DNA of 52,763 bases from Kofleriaceae bacterium (GTDB lineage Bacteria; Myxococcota_A; Polyangia; Haliangiales; Haliangiaceae). Below, one piece after another: positions 42,230-52,763 of this stretch. Every line of letters starts with the position of its first letter. The stretch's first letter is position 1. A model generated the notes under the pieces. The model saw only the letters and a program-made list of their open reading frames with translations. It searched no databases and was not told where the DNA came from. Location of the stretch: positions 801,664 to 854,426 of the forward strand of contig CAXNMK010000002.1 of NCBI GenBank assembly GCA_964203225.1, written 5' to 3'. A program made the position numbers and the translations under genes.

Positions 42230-43381
42230 TTACTTGGTCGCGGGCGGCTTGCCGGGCGTGCCGGCAGGCTTGCCCGGCGCGGTCGGCGCGGTCGGCGCGG
42301 TGGGCGTCACAGGGCCCAGCGTGCCCTTGGGTCCCGGGGTCCCGGGCTTGCCGTTCTTCACGCGGTACTCCTCACGGTACTTGAGCACCATGTCGAGCTC
42401 CTCCTGCGTGTAGATCTTGCCGACCAGCTGCGAGTGGACCTCGAAGGCGTTCTTGGTGAACTCGTCCACGAGGGCCTGCGGGGTCGGCACGACCTGGACA
42501 CCCTTGCGGATCATCGTCGCCTTGGCGTCGTCGTTCGCCTTGCGGATCACCTTGCGGAGCTTCTTGGAGCCTGCCCGGCCGATCGACTGGACGGTCGCCT
42601 GGTCGGCGGCGCTGATCTTCTTGATCGACTCGAGCGACACCACGGTCGCGCCGATGCCGTAGCTCATCGGCATCGAGGTCATGAACTTGATCTTCGTGTA
42701 CCACTGGAGCGCCACGGCCGCGACGGGCGAGCCGTAGCAGGCCGTGATGCGGCCGGACGTCAGGCTGGAGTCGACCTCGGGCACGCCCAGCGGCACGCCG
42801 TTGAGGGACATCTTGGCGAACATCGCGCCGACCAGCTTGTCGTCACCCCACTGCCACAGCTTGAGGCCCTTGAGGTCCGCGAGCGAGGCGACCTTGGTCT
42901 TCGACAGGAAGTAGGCCCAGCCGACCTCGCCGCGATCGTTGAGCTTGAAGCCCTTCTTCTCGAACTTCTTCTGGAAGTACGGCCACATCTTGTCGATGAC
43001 GTAGTCGACTTCCTCGGTGCTCGCGAACATCCTCGGGAGCTCGAGCACGCGGATCGACTCGTCGATCATCGACAGGCCGATCGCGGTGACCGCGGCGCCG
43101 TCGAGCTGGCCGAGCTTGATCTTGCGGACGAAGTCGCGCTCGTCACCCTGCTGGCCGCCCTCGAAGTACTTGAGCGTGACGCGCCCGGCGGTCTTCTCCT
43201 TGATCTCGGCCGAGGTCTTGTCGAGCACCGCCATCCACGGGCTGCCCGACGGGGCGAGCGTGGCGATCCGGAGCTCGACGGGACCTCCGCCGGGCGCGGG
43301 TGCTTGCGCGTGAGCGATGGGAGCGGCGGCCGTCGCGGCGACCGCGAGGGTGCACAGGCTGAGGATATTCGTGAGGTTCAC
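42230..43381 (-). CDS. TRAP transporter substrate-binding protein DctP family (TatP-like) with a collagen-like Pro/Thr-rich C-terminal tail
   Basis: Signal peptide. DctP fold (VELRIATLAPSGSPW...). Tail GKPGTPGPKGTLGPVTPTAPTAPTAPGKPAGTPGKPPATK. The GTG start at 43381 overlaps the tatT stop (GTGA). The track ORF N-terminus (to 43984) is junk. Confidence 0.8.
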   Translation of the reverse strand: MNLTNILSLCTLAVAATAAAPIAHAQAPAPGGGPVELRIATLAPSGSPWMAVLDKTSAEIKEKTAGRVTLKYFEGGQQGDERDFVRKIKLGQLDGAAVTAIGLSMIDESIRVLELPRMFASTEEVDYVIDKMWPYFQKKFEKKGFKLNDRGEVGWAYFLSKTKVASLADLKGLKLWQWGDDKLVGAMFAKMSLNGVPLGVPEVDSSLTSGRITACYGSPVAAVALQWYTKIKFMTSMPMSYGIGATVVSLESIKKISAADQATVQSIGRAGSKKLRKVIRKANDDAKATMIRKGVQVVPTPQALVDEFTKNAFEVHSQLVGKIYTQEELDMVLKYREEYRVKNGKPGTPGPKGTLGPVTPTAPTAPTAPGKPAGTPGKPPATK

Positions 43382-44370
43382 TGGAAGAGCTCCTTTTCGT
43401 GGGTCAGGTAGCGGCGGGCCTTGCGATGCGCCACCTCGTTGGCGAGGCGCTGCTCGGGCCACACCGAGGGGGCGGTCTCGAGGACGATCTTGAGCTGGTC
43501 GTGGAAGAACGCGCGGTCGTTGGTCTGGATCCCGAGGCGGTAGGCCATCAGCGTCCGCGGGAGCAGGAACTTGCCCTCGGTGACCCCGATCGCCTTCTCG
43601 AACATCGCCTTGGCCTTGGCGGGCTCGCCGCCCATCGATGGGGCGCGGCCGCTGTACAGCATTCCGAGCGCCACGTACGGCAGGGCGGCGTGGGTCAGGT
43701 TGACCTGGCCTTCGAAGTACATGCCCTCGGGGTCCTTCGGGAGGCCCTGGGCGTCGAACTCGAGGACCCTCTGTAGCATCAGCTCGACGGTCGGGAGGTT
43801 CGAGATCATCTCGACACGTGTCAGGTTGTGGTTGACCAGCGAGCCCAGCGCCATCGCGGCGAACAGGAGCGGGAACCGCTTGGCGCGCGGCGTTCCCGCG
43901 AGCAGCTTGGCGACCGTCTCCGGGGACTCGAAGATGCCCTTCTGCCAGTCCGGGCCGAGCGTCGATAGCGCGTAGTTGAGGCACCGCGTGAAGATGTGGT
44001 TCGCGCGGGTGTTGTGGTAGTCGATCGCGTCGAGGTCCTTGGCGAACTTCGCGACCTCCCAGTCATCCTCGACGAACGCCGTGCCGTACTGGCAGAAGCC
44101 CTCGGTCAGGATGCGGACGAGCTTGGCGCGCGGTTCGTCCTTGGGACCGGCGACGAAGAACGTCTCGACGGTCTTGAGCGAGGCTGGGATGGCCATCCGG
44201 GCCAGCTCGTAGTCCGACTCCATCTGCATCGCCGGCGTGGCGCTGAAGAGCACGCCCGAGGTCGACTTGAGGGCGAGGTTGCGGCTGATCTTGGACATGC
44301 AGCCTGTCGACGCGACCAGCGCGAGCGAGGCTACGACCGAGGCTACGAAGAGCGTGTTCGCGAGACGCAT
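43378..44370 (-). CDS. TRAP-T-associated TPR lipoprotein TatT family
   Basis: Lipobox MRLANTLFVASVVASLALVASTGC. Helical TPR-like body homologous to the TatT partner of TPAT-type TRAP transporters. Confidence 0.75.
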   Translation of the reverse strand: MRLANTLFVASVVASLALVASTGCMSKISRNLALKSTSGVLFSATPAMQMESDYELARMAIPASLKTVETFFVAGPKDEPRAKLVRILTEGFCQYGTAFVEDDWEVAKFAKDLDAIDYHNTRANHIFTRCLNYALSTLGPDWQKGIFESPETVAKLLAGTPRAKRFPLLFAAMALGSLVNHNLTRVEMISNLPTVELMLQRVLEFDAQGLPKDPEGMYFEGQVNLTHAALPYVALGMLYSGRAPSMGGEPAKAKAMFEKAIGVTEGKFLLPRTLMAYRLGIQTNDRAFFHDQLKIVLETAPSVWPEQRLANEVAHRKARRYLTHEKELFQ

Positions 44371-44498
44371 GGATGACGGGACCCCCTTCAGACGTTGACG
44401 CCGGTTGAGCATTCATCTGGACCAGCGATGGAGCGTGCACGCTAAGTCAGCGTAAGGCGCCGAGTCAATCGATGCCGATGAGGTAGACTCGATATCCG

Positions 44499-46094
44499 AT
44501 GAGGTGGCTGGCCGGCCTCGGCCTCGTACTCGGTCTGGTGATCGCGCTCCTGGCGTGTAACGCAGACCGCACCGCGACCGCGCGCCGCCGCGACCCGGGC
44601 GCGCTCGTGGTCGCGCGTGCCGCCGACGTCCAGTCGCTCGATCCCGTCCGGGTCACGGACAGCGAGTCGTACGAGGTCGCGGGGCTGGTGCTCGAGGGGC
44701 TGCTGCGGTGGAAGCCCGGGACCACCGACGTGCTGCCCGGCCTGGCGACCGCATGGCACGCGTCGGCCGACGGGCGGGTGTGGACGTTCGAGCTGCGCCA
44801 CGACGTCCGGTTCCACGACGGCACCGCGTTCGACGCGCGGGCGGTCGTGTTCTCGTTGGCGCGCCTGCTCGACCCTCACCACCCGAACTACCTGGGGGAG
44901 GCCGGGGCGTACAGGCGCAGCCTGCTGCGCGGGATCACCCGGGTGGTGCCGATCACGGCGGACACCGTCGAGATCCACGTCGATCGGCCCTACGCGCCGC
45001 TGCTCGGGGACCTCGCGATGTTCCCGATCGTGTCGCCGACCGCGGTCACCCTGCTCGGCGACGGGTTCCAGGCGCACCCGGTCGGCACCGGCCCGTTCGC
45101 GTTCGAGGAGTGGGCCCCGGGCGACCATGTCGTGGTCCACCGGTTCGACGGCTACTGGGGCCCCCCGCCGGCGATCGCGCGGATCGTGTTCCGCGTGATC
45201 GTGGACCCGCGGCAGCGCCTCGTCGAGCTCGAGTCCGGGTCGGTCGACATCGCGATGTCGATCCTGCCGGACGAGCAGTCGTTCGTGGAGCTGCATCCGG
45301 ACCTGGTGCTGCACAGCACGCCCGGCAACGATGTCAGCTACCTCGCCTTCAACACCCAGCGGCCGTGGTTCCGCGATGTGCGCGTGCGGCGCGCGATCAG
45401 CTACGCGATCAACAAGGAGCCGATCGTCAAGCTCGCGTACCAGGGCCGCGCGGTCGCCGCCGTCGGCCCGCTCCCGCCGACCCAGTGGGCCCACCACACC
45501 CCGCGCGCGACCTACCCGTACGATCTGGTCACCGCGCGCACGCTGCTCGGCGAGGCCACCGCGGCCGGGGCGTTCCCGCCTGGCCTGGTCCTCACACTGT
45601 ACGCCCCGTCGACGCCGCGCCTGTACCTCGCGCAGCCCGAGCGGGTGGCGCGGTTCCTCCAGTCCGCGCTCGCGCAGGTCGGGGTGCAGACCCGGCTGGT
45701 GCTGCTGCCGTACGCGCAGCACAAGGCGATCGTCGAGGCGGGCCTCCACGATCTGGCGGTGTTCGGCTGGATCGGCGACACCGGGGACCCTGACAACTTT
45801 CTCCAGGTGCTGTTCCACTCCGATCACGCCGTGGCGCCGGACGCCAAGAACATCGCGTTCTACCAGAACGCCGCGGTTGACCGCTTGCTGCGCGAGGCGC
45901 AGGGCGCGACCGATGAGGCCACACGCGCGGCGCTGTACGCCGAGGTCCAGGACCTGATCGCCGCCGATGCGCCGTGGGTGCCGCTCGCGCACTCCGAGCT
46001 GGTGGTGGCGGCGCGGGCCGACCTCGAGGGCGTGATCCTGTCGCCGATCGGCCACCCGATCTACCCGCTGATCCGGCGTGCGGGGGGCCGGTGA
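44499..46094 (+). CDS. ABC transporter substrate-binding lipoprotein, family 5 (peptide/nickel type)
   Basis: Lipobox MRWLAGLGLVLGLVIALLAC. SBP_bac_5 body. Confidence 0.85.
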   Translation: MRWLAGLGLVLGLVIALLACNADRTATARRRDPGALVVARAADVQSLDPVRVTDSESYEVAGLVLEGLLRWKPGTTDVLPGLATAWHASADGRVWTFELRHDVRFHDGTAFDARAVVFSLARLLDPHHPNYLGEAGAYRRSLLRGITRVVPITADTVEIHVDRPYAPLLGDLAMFPIVSPTAVTLLGDGFQAHPVGTGPFAFEEWAPGDHVVVHRFDGYWGPPPAIARIVFRVIVDPRQRLVELESGSVDIAMSILPDEQSFVELHPDLVLHSTPGNDVSYLAFNTQRPWFRDVRVRRAISYAINKEPIVKLAYQGRAVAAVGPLPPTQWAHHTPRATYPYDLVTARTLLGEATAAGAFPPGLVLTLYAPSTPRLYLAQPERVARFLQSALAQVGVQTRLVLLPYAQHKAIVEAGLHDLAVFGWIGDTGDPDNFLQVLFHSDHAVAPDAKNIAFYQNAAVDRLLREAQGATDEATRAALYAEVQDLIAADAPWVPLAHSELVVAARADLEGVILSPIGHPIYPLIRRAGGR

Positions 46095-46285
46095 TCCCGC
46101 CCGAGCCGGCGGGGAGCCGCCCGCCCACGCGCGATCCAGATGACGAGGCCGAGGGGGAGCCCGAGCCGCGGCTGTCGCTGCGGTTGCTGTGGCCGATCGC
46201 GCCGCGGTCGCCCGACCCGAAGCTGGCGCGGCCGGCACCCGCGCTGCGGCTGCGGCTGCGGCTGCGCTCCAAGCTGGTCGTGGCG

Positions 46286-49008
46286 ATGGCGTTCGCCGCG
46301 CTGGTCCCGGTCGTGGTGCTCGCGGCGCTCGCGACGGGCGTGATCCTGTCGAGCCTCGACGCCAGCCTCGAGGCCGACGCAGATCGCCAGCTCACCATCG
46401 GCATCAACCTCGTGCTGCGCTCGGTCGAGCGGCTCGCGGACGAGGCCGTGCAGCTCTCGGAGAGCGCCGAGCTCGGTGACGCGATCGAGGGGGGCCAGGT
46501 GAAGCTCGAGACCTGGGTCGCCCACGAGGCGCCGCACGTGCCGTCGGCGCGGCTGCAGCTGTTCGACACACGCGGGCAGCTCGTGTTCGATCGCGTGCTC
46601 GGCGGCGCGACCCGCCGGTTCGCGGACATCGGGCTCGAGCCCGGGGACGGCCTCGTCGTGGCAGGGCAGTCGTGGACCCGCGCGGTCGCGCTCGTCGCGG
46701 TCGGCGACCGGCCCGTGGTGCGCGCCGTGTCGCCGGTGGTGGACGGCGGGCTGTCGCTGCGCGGCGTGCTCGTGCTGTCGACCCCGCTCGACGGCGACTT
46801 CGCCGATGGCATCAAGGGCGCCCTCTCGGCCGACGTGCTGCTCGGCGGGCTCGCCAGCCCGCTCCAGGTCACGTTCCGCTCGCAGCTGGGCCGGCGCGCC
46901 GATCCCGTGATGATCGAGGGACGCGATCGCGTGGTCGTGCTGCGGGGGCAGCGCCTGATCCGCGACCTCGACGTGGCCGATGCCGGCGGCGAGCCCCGGC
47001 CGTTCAAGATCGCGGTCACCGGCCTGCTCGATCGCGCGGACCGCCCGGTCGGGGTGATCGGCGTCGCCGTCGATCGCCGGCCGCTCGCCGCGACCAAGCG
47101 CCTGGCCGTGCGGTCTCTGGTGGCCGGGGGAGGCGCGGCGCTGGTGTTCGCGCTGGTGCTCGCGCTGTTCTGGTCGCGGCGGCTCGGCGCGCCGATCGCG
47201 CGCCTCCACCGCGGTGCGTTGGCGGTGTCGCGTGGCGATCTCGAGCACCGGATCGACATCCCGGGCGGCGACGAGCTGACGGATCTGGCGGACGCGTTCA
47301 ACCAGATGACCTCGACGCTCAAGGACAACCAGGCCCGGCTCGCCGCGCGCATGCGCGAGATCGTGGCGCTCCACGACGCCGGCCGCGCGGTGTCGTCCGT
47401 GATCGATCTCGACTCGGTGTCGCGCAAGATCGTCGACGCGGTGGCGCGCACGTTCGACATCCAGGTCGCCGCGCTGTGGCTGCTCGACGGCGATCCCGAG
47501 GCCGAGCTCCGCGCCTCGGCCGTCCGCGCCCGGCGCACCGACGTGACGAGCGCGCTCGCCCCCGCCGAGGCGCTCACCGCCGCCGAGGCGCTCACCGCCG
47601 CCGAGGCACTTCACCTGCTCGCGGAGGAGGTCCGGCGCACGCGCCGCCCGATCCGGCTCGAGCGGGCCGCCGCCGATCCCGCCCACGGGGCTGCCGCCCG
47701 CGTCGCCGGGGTGCCCGGGCCGCTGGTCGCGCTGCCGCTCGAGCGCAAGGCCCGCGTGGTTGGCGTGCTCGCGGTGGGCCGCGCGGAGGACGCGCGCGAG
47801 TTCTCCGAGGCGGACTTCAATCTGCTCATGACGTTCGCCGATCAGGCGGGCGCCGCGATCGAGAACGCGCTGCTCTACCAGGAGGTGCGCGGGGCCAGCG
47901 AGGAGCTCGAGCGCAAGGTCCGGCTGCGCACCGCCGAGCTGACCGCGATCAACACCGAGCTGGGGCGCGCGCTGTCGAACCTGCGCGAGACCCAGGCCCA
48001 GCTGATCCTGTCCGAGCGGATGGCCGGCCTCGGGCTGCTCGTGGCCGGCGTCGCGCACGAGATCAACTCGCCGACAGCGGCGATCCGCGGCTCCATCGAT
48101 GGCCTCGGCGCCGCGCTCGGGCGGGTCGCACGGCACGGGGCCGAGCTGGCCGTGCGGGCCGCCACGCCGGCGCACGCGCGCGCGGTCGCGGACATGCTCG
48201 AGGCCATCGCGCCGCAGCTCGCCGAGCGCCCCCTGCCGACCGGGCTGACCGCCCGCAAGGCGGCGCGCGTGCTGGTCGGGGTGCTCGACGCGGCCGGGCG
48301 GGGCCGGGCGCCGATCCCGGATCCCCACGGCCTGGCCGCCGAGCTCGCCGATCTCGGGGCGACCCCCGCCGAGGTCACCCGGCTGCTCGCGGTGGTCGGC
48401 GATGACCCGGCCCTGCTGCCGCGGGTGTGCGCCGCGCTCACGGACCACGTCTACCTGCACCGCACCTCGTCGACGGTGCGGCACGCGATCGGCCAGATCC
48501 AGCGGATCGTCGGCGCGCTCAAGAGTTACTCGCACCTCGATCAGCAGGCAACGCGGACGGAGGCCGATCTGCACGAGGGCCTCGAGACCACCCTCGAACT
48601 GCTGCACCACGCGCTGCGTGATATCGTGATCGAACGGCGCTACGGCGAGATCCCGCTCGTGCCGGTGTTCGTCGACGAGCTCAACCAGGTGTGGACCAAC
48701 CTCATCCAGAACGCCCAGCAGGCACTCGCCGGCAAGGGCACGATCACGATCGAGACCGCGGTCGACGCGGAGTGGGCCGTGGTGCGTGTGATCGATGACG
48801 GACCGGGCGTGACGGCCGCGCTTCTTCCCCAGATCTTCCAGCCGCTGTTCACCACCAAGCCCAGGGGCGAGGGTACCGGGCTCGGGCTCGCGATCTCGCG
48901 GCAGATCGTCGAGAAGCACGGCGGCGTGGTGGGCTGCACGTCATCGCCCGGGCTCACGGTGTTCGAGGTCCGCCTCCCGATCGCCCCTCACGTGCTCGGA
49001 GCCGCGTC

Positions 49009-49012
<4 letters not shown>
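46286..49012 (+). CDS. Sensor histidine kinase (TM - periplasmic sensor - TM - HAMP - GAF - HisKA - HATPase_c)
   Basis: H-box GVAHEINSPTAAI. N/G boxes NLIQNAQQA and DDGPGV...GTGLGLAIS. A HAMP domain follows the second TM. The start is uncertain: ATG 46286, or an upstream TTG/CTG in the RLRLRLR region. Confidence 0.85.
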
Positions 49013-50067
<1,055 letters not shown>

Positions 50068-50145
50068 GGGATTGCGGCGCAAACCCGGCGTCGCGGCCGG
50101 GGCGCCTTCAAACGCCCGACCCAAGGTGGTACGGTTGTCGCTCCC

Positions 50146-51157
50146 ATGAGCGGTGAAGACATCGCGGTGCTCGGCGCCGGCAGCTTCGGCACGTGCCTCG
50201 CCGTGCTGTTCGGTAGCCATGGGCACCGGGTGAGCCTGTACCACCGCAACCCGGACACCGCGGCGGCGATCCAGCGCGCGCGCGAGAACACCGCGTACCT
50301 GCCCGGGTACACGTTGCCGGACGCGGTCACCGTCACCAGTGATCTCGAGGTGGCGGTCCGCGGCAAGCCGTTCGTGCTCGGCGTGACCCCGTCACACGGG
50401 ATCCGCGCGACGCTCGAGCGCGCCGCGCCGTTCCTCGAGCCCGACGCGATCGTCATCAACACCAGCAAGGGCCTCGAGGAGGGCACGCTCCAGACCATCG
50501 ACGAGGTCTACCGCGACGTGCTGCCCCCGGCGCTCGCGGCTCGCGCGACGTACCTGTCGGGGCCCACGTTCGCGGGGGAGCTCGCGGCGGGCTTCCCGGC
50601 GGCGATCGTGCTCGCGGGCCACGATCCGGCCTCGACGCAGGCGGCGCAGAAGGCGCTGACCAGCATCAACTTCCGCATCTACACCACCGACGACGTGCGC
50701 GGCGTCCTGATCGGCGGCGCGCTCAAGAACGTGATCGCGATCGGCGCCGGCATCTCCGACGGCCTGGGGTTCGGCTCGAACACCCGGATCGCGCTGATCA
50801 CGCGCGGCCTCGCCGAGCTGACCCGCATGGGCGTGGCGATGGGCGCGAACCCGCAGACGTTCGCGGGCCTGTCCGGCATGGGCGACCTGGTGCTGACCTG
50901 CTCGGGCGACTCGTCCCGCAATCGCCGCGTCGGCCTCGCGCTCGGGCAAGGCAAGCAGCTCGCGGACATCCTCGCCGACATGAAGCAGGTCGCCGAGGGC
51001 GTGACGACCACCAAGGTCGCCAAGCAGCTCGCGGACAAGCTCGGCGTCGACGCGCCGATCACGAACGCGATGTACGGGATCCTCTACGAGGGCGGTCCCG
51101 GTGCGCGAGGCGATCGGTCGCCTGATGACGCGCGCGCTCAGGTCGGAACGCGACTGA
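50146..51157 (+). CDS. gpsA: NAD(P)H-dependent glycerol-3-phosphate dehydrogenase. Apparent frameshift near 51091-51097 just before the C-terminus
   Basis: GAGSFGT Rossmann motif. The GpsA body runs to ...ITNAMYGILYEG. The genuine C-terminus VPVREAIGRLMTRALRSERD* is read in the +1 frame ending TGA 51155-51157. The track ORF instead runs on into junk to 51405. Confidence 0.75.
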
Positions 51158-52219
51158 TGCTCGGGTACGTCCTCGACGATCTGTTCGGTGAGGCGGGCCA
51201 CCGCGCGCCGCCGGGTCACCCGGAGCGCGCCGGCCCGGTTCGACGCCGTGCGCGATGCGCTGGGCGCCGCCGGCCTCGTCACCCGCGGCACCCAGCTGCC
51301 GATCCGCCCGGCGACCGACGAGGAGCTCGTCCGGGCCCACGCCCCGGCGTACCTCGAGGAGCTCGCGCGCAAGCTGCCTGGCAACTCCGGCTGGATCGAC
51401 GGTGACACCTACTACTCGCCGCGCACCTTCGAGGCCGCGCTCGCGGCGGCGGGCTCCACGGCGCAGCTCGCGATGGACGTCCTCGACGGGCGGTTCACGC
51501 AGGGACTCGCGGTGGTCCGCCCGCCCGGTCACCACGCCACCCGCGATCAGGGCATGGGGTTCTGCCTGATCAACAACATCGCGGTGGCCGCCGCGGCCGT
51601 CCGCGCCCGGGGCGCCGCGCGCGTCGCGATCGTCGACTGGGACGTGCACCACGGCAACGGCACGCAGGACATCTTCTGGGACGACCCGTCGGTGCTGTTC
51701 CTGTCGATGCACCAGTACCCGTACTACCCGGGCAGCGGCGCCCCCACGGAGCTCGGCGGCGCCCACGCGCGCGGCGCCACCGTCAACGTCGGGCTGCCGC
51801 GCGGCTCGGGCGATGCGGACTACGCGGCCGTGCTCGACCACGTGTTCGCGCCCGCGATCACCGCGTTCCGTCCCGACGTGATCCTGGTGTCGGCGGGGTT
51901 CGATGCGTTCGAGCACGATCCGATCGCCGGGATGCGCGTCACCCACGCCGGGTTCGCGCAGATGGCGCGCCGGCTGCGCGCGCTCGCCGATGCCACCACC
52001 GGCGGCAAGCTGGTCGCGCTCCTCGAAGGCGGCTACGATCTCGAGGGCCTCGCCGGCGGCATGACCGCGGTGCTGACCGCGTTGACCACGTCCGTGGAGC
52101 CCGTCCGCACCGTCGCGCCGCTGCCGGCCAATCCGATCGTGCGGGCCGCCATCGAGGGCACGCGCGCCGCTCATGCCGCCGTCGGCCACCCGATCGCCGC
52201 CGCCGGGAGCGCGTCGTGA
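51157..52219 (+). CDS. Histone deacetylase family protein (AcuC/HDAC-like). Apparent frameshift near 51222-51230
   Basis: The N-terminus MLGYVLDDLFGEAGHRAPPGHPER is in the gpsA frame starting at the TGATG overlap. The remainder (PARFDAVRDALGAAGL...VVRPPGHHA...DWDVHHGNGTQ...) is in ORF 51188..52219. Confidence 0.7.
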
Positions 52220-52763
52220 GGCACCGCACTGCGGATCTCGAGCCGTTGACGATCGGCGGGCGCTACACGCTGCTGCGCCGGGTCGCCGTCGGCGGCATGG
52301 CGGAGATCTACCTCGCGCGCCAGGCCGCGATGGCCGGGTTCGAGAAGGAGGTCGTGATCAAGCGCCTCCGCGCCGAGCTCGCCGACGATCCGAAGGTCGT
52401 CGAGATGTTCCTCGACGAGGCGCGCATCGGCGCGCTGCTCAACCATCCAAACATCGTCCACGTCTACGACGTCGACGAGCACGAGGGCATCCCGTACATC
52501 GCGATGGAGTACATCGTCGGCGAGGAACTCAACGAGCTGTGCCGGCGCGGCCTCCAGCACGGCAGGTTCCTCCCGCTCGAGCACGCCGTCGAGCTGATCC
52601 GGCAGGCGTCCGCGGGGATGGGCTTCTACCACGCCAAGCGCGGCCCCGAGGCCAGCCCGACGGCGGACCAGCCGCTCGACATCGTCCACCTCGACATCTC
52701 GCCGTCGAACCTGCTCGTCACCCAGGACGGGTTCCTCAAGGTCATCGATTTCGGGATCGCGCG
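52216..52763 (+). CDS. Ser/Thr protein kinase, partial (runs off the right edge)
   Basis: GTG at 52216 overlaps the HDAC TGA. YTLLRRVAVGGMAEIYLA, VVIKRL, HLDISPSNLL and DFGIA kinase subdomains. Confidence 0.8.
   Translation, partial: MRHRTADLEPLTIGGRYTLLRRVAVGGMAEIYLARQAAMAGFEKEVVIKRLRAELADDPKVVEMFLDEARIGALLNHPNIVHVYDVDEHEGIPYIAMEYIVGEELNELCRRGLQHGRFLPLEHAVELIRQASAGMGFYHAKRGPEASPTADQPLDIVHLDISPSNLLVTQDGFLKVIDFGIA

Noticed and set aside
42230-43984. N-terminal 200 aa of ORF 42230..43984
   Set aside because: Arg/Pro/Gly junk overlapping the tatT gene in another frame. The GTG at 43381 gives a proper signal peptide

Overview
This 52.8 kb window is high-GC (~70%) bacterial chromosome with myxobacterial character: eukaryotic-type Ser/Thr kinases with a PEGA domain, a cytosolic mevalonate pathway, FMN-type IDI-2, and pervasive GTGA/ATGA start-stop overlaps. 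It is mostly core metabolism rather than a mobile island.

Main content, in map order:
- glcD-like FAD oxidase (-), erpA-like Fe-S protein (-), and a rhodanese-ThiF/MoeB fusion (+).
- A Ser/Thr kinase carrying a Gly/Ser tandem-repeat linker and a C-terminal PEGA domain, followed by RNase Y.
- A MerR-family regulator with a C-terminal Cys cluster, immediately upstream of a complete ISC operon (iscS-iscU-iscA-hscB-hscA-fdx).
- A lipoprotein, an SspB-like ClpX adaptor, and a def-folB-thioesterase operon.
- ribA, mrp/apbC, a Lon N-terminal-domain protein, an SDR, a lipoprotein, a DUF3501-rubrerythrin pair, dacB (PBP4) and an ABC substrate-binding lipoprotein.
- An SDR, a methyltransferase, rarA, a PilZ protein, and a squalene/phytoene synthase.
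- A mevalonate operon: HMG-CoA reductase, phosphomevalonate kinase, diphosphomevalonate decarboxylase, mevalonate kinase, IDI-2.
- A UbiA-family prenyltransferase (DPPR-synthase-like) and a TatT-DctP-DctQ-DctM TRAP transporter whose DctM carries a large Cys-rich C-terminal domain.
- A second ABC substrate-binding protein, a HAMP-GAF histidine kinase with a REC-GGDEF diguanylate cyclase, then gpsA, an HDAC-family deacetylase and a second Ser/Thr kinase (truncated at the window edge).

Three things stand out beyond the gene list:
1. A ~80 nt hairpin-containing REP-like element sits immediately 3' of stop codons at three loci, once as a 4 x 83 bp tandem array.
2. A perfect 16 bp palindrome, ACCCTCACGTGAGGGT, lies in the promoter regions of both the MerR/ISC locus and erpA, suggesting a MerR-controlled Fe-S regulon. 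A triple-CACGTG 24 bp palindrome lies upstream of the mevalonate operon.
3. At least eight conserved genes show +/-1 frame breaks (hscB, pmk, gpsA, the HDAC, the Ser/Thr kinase and others). That pattern points to indel errors in the sequence rather than real pseudogenes.

Many very long ORFs in the six-frame track are antisense or out-of-register artefacts of the GC-rich DNA. No rRNA, tRNA or CRISPR was recognised.
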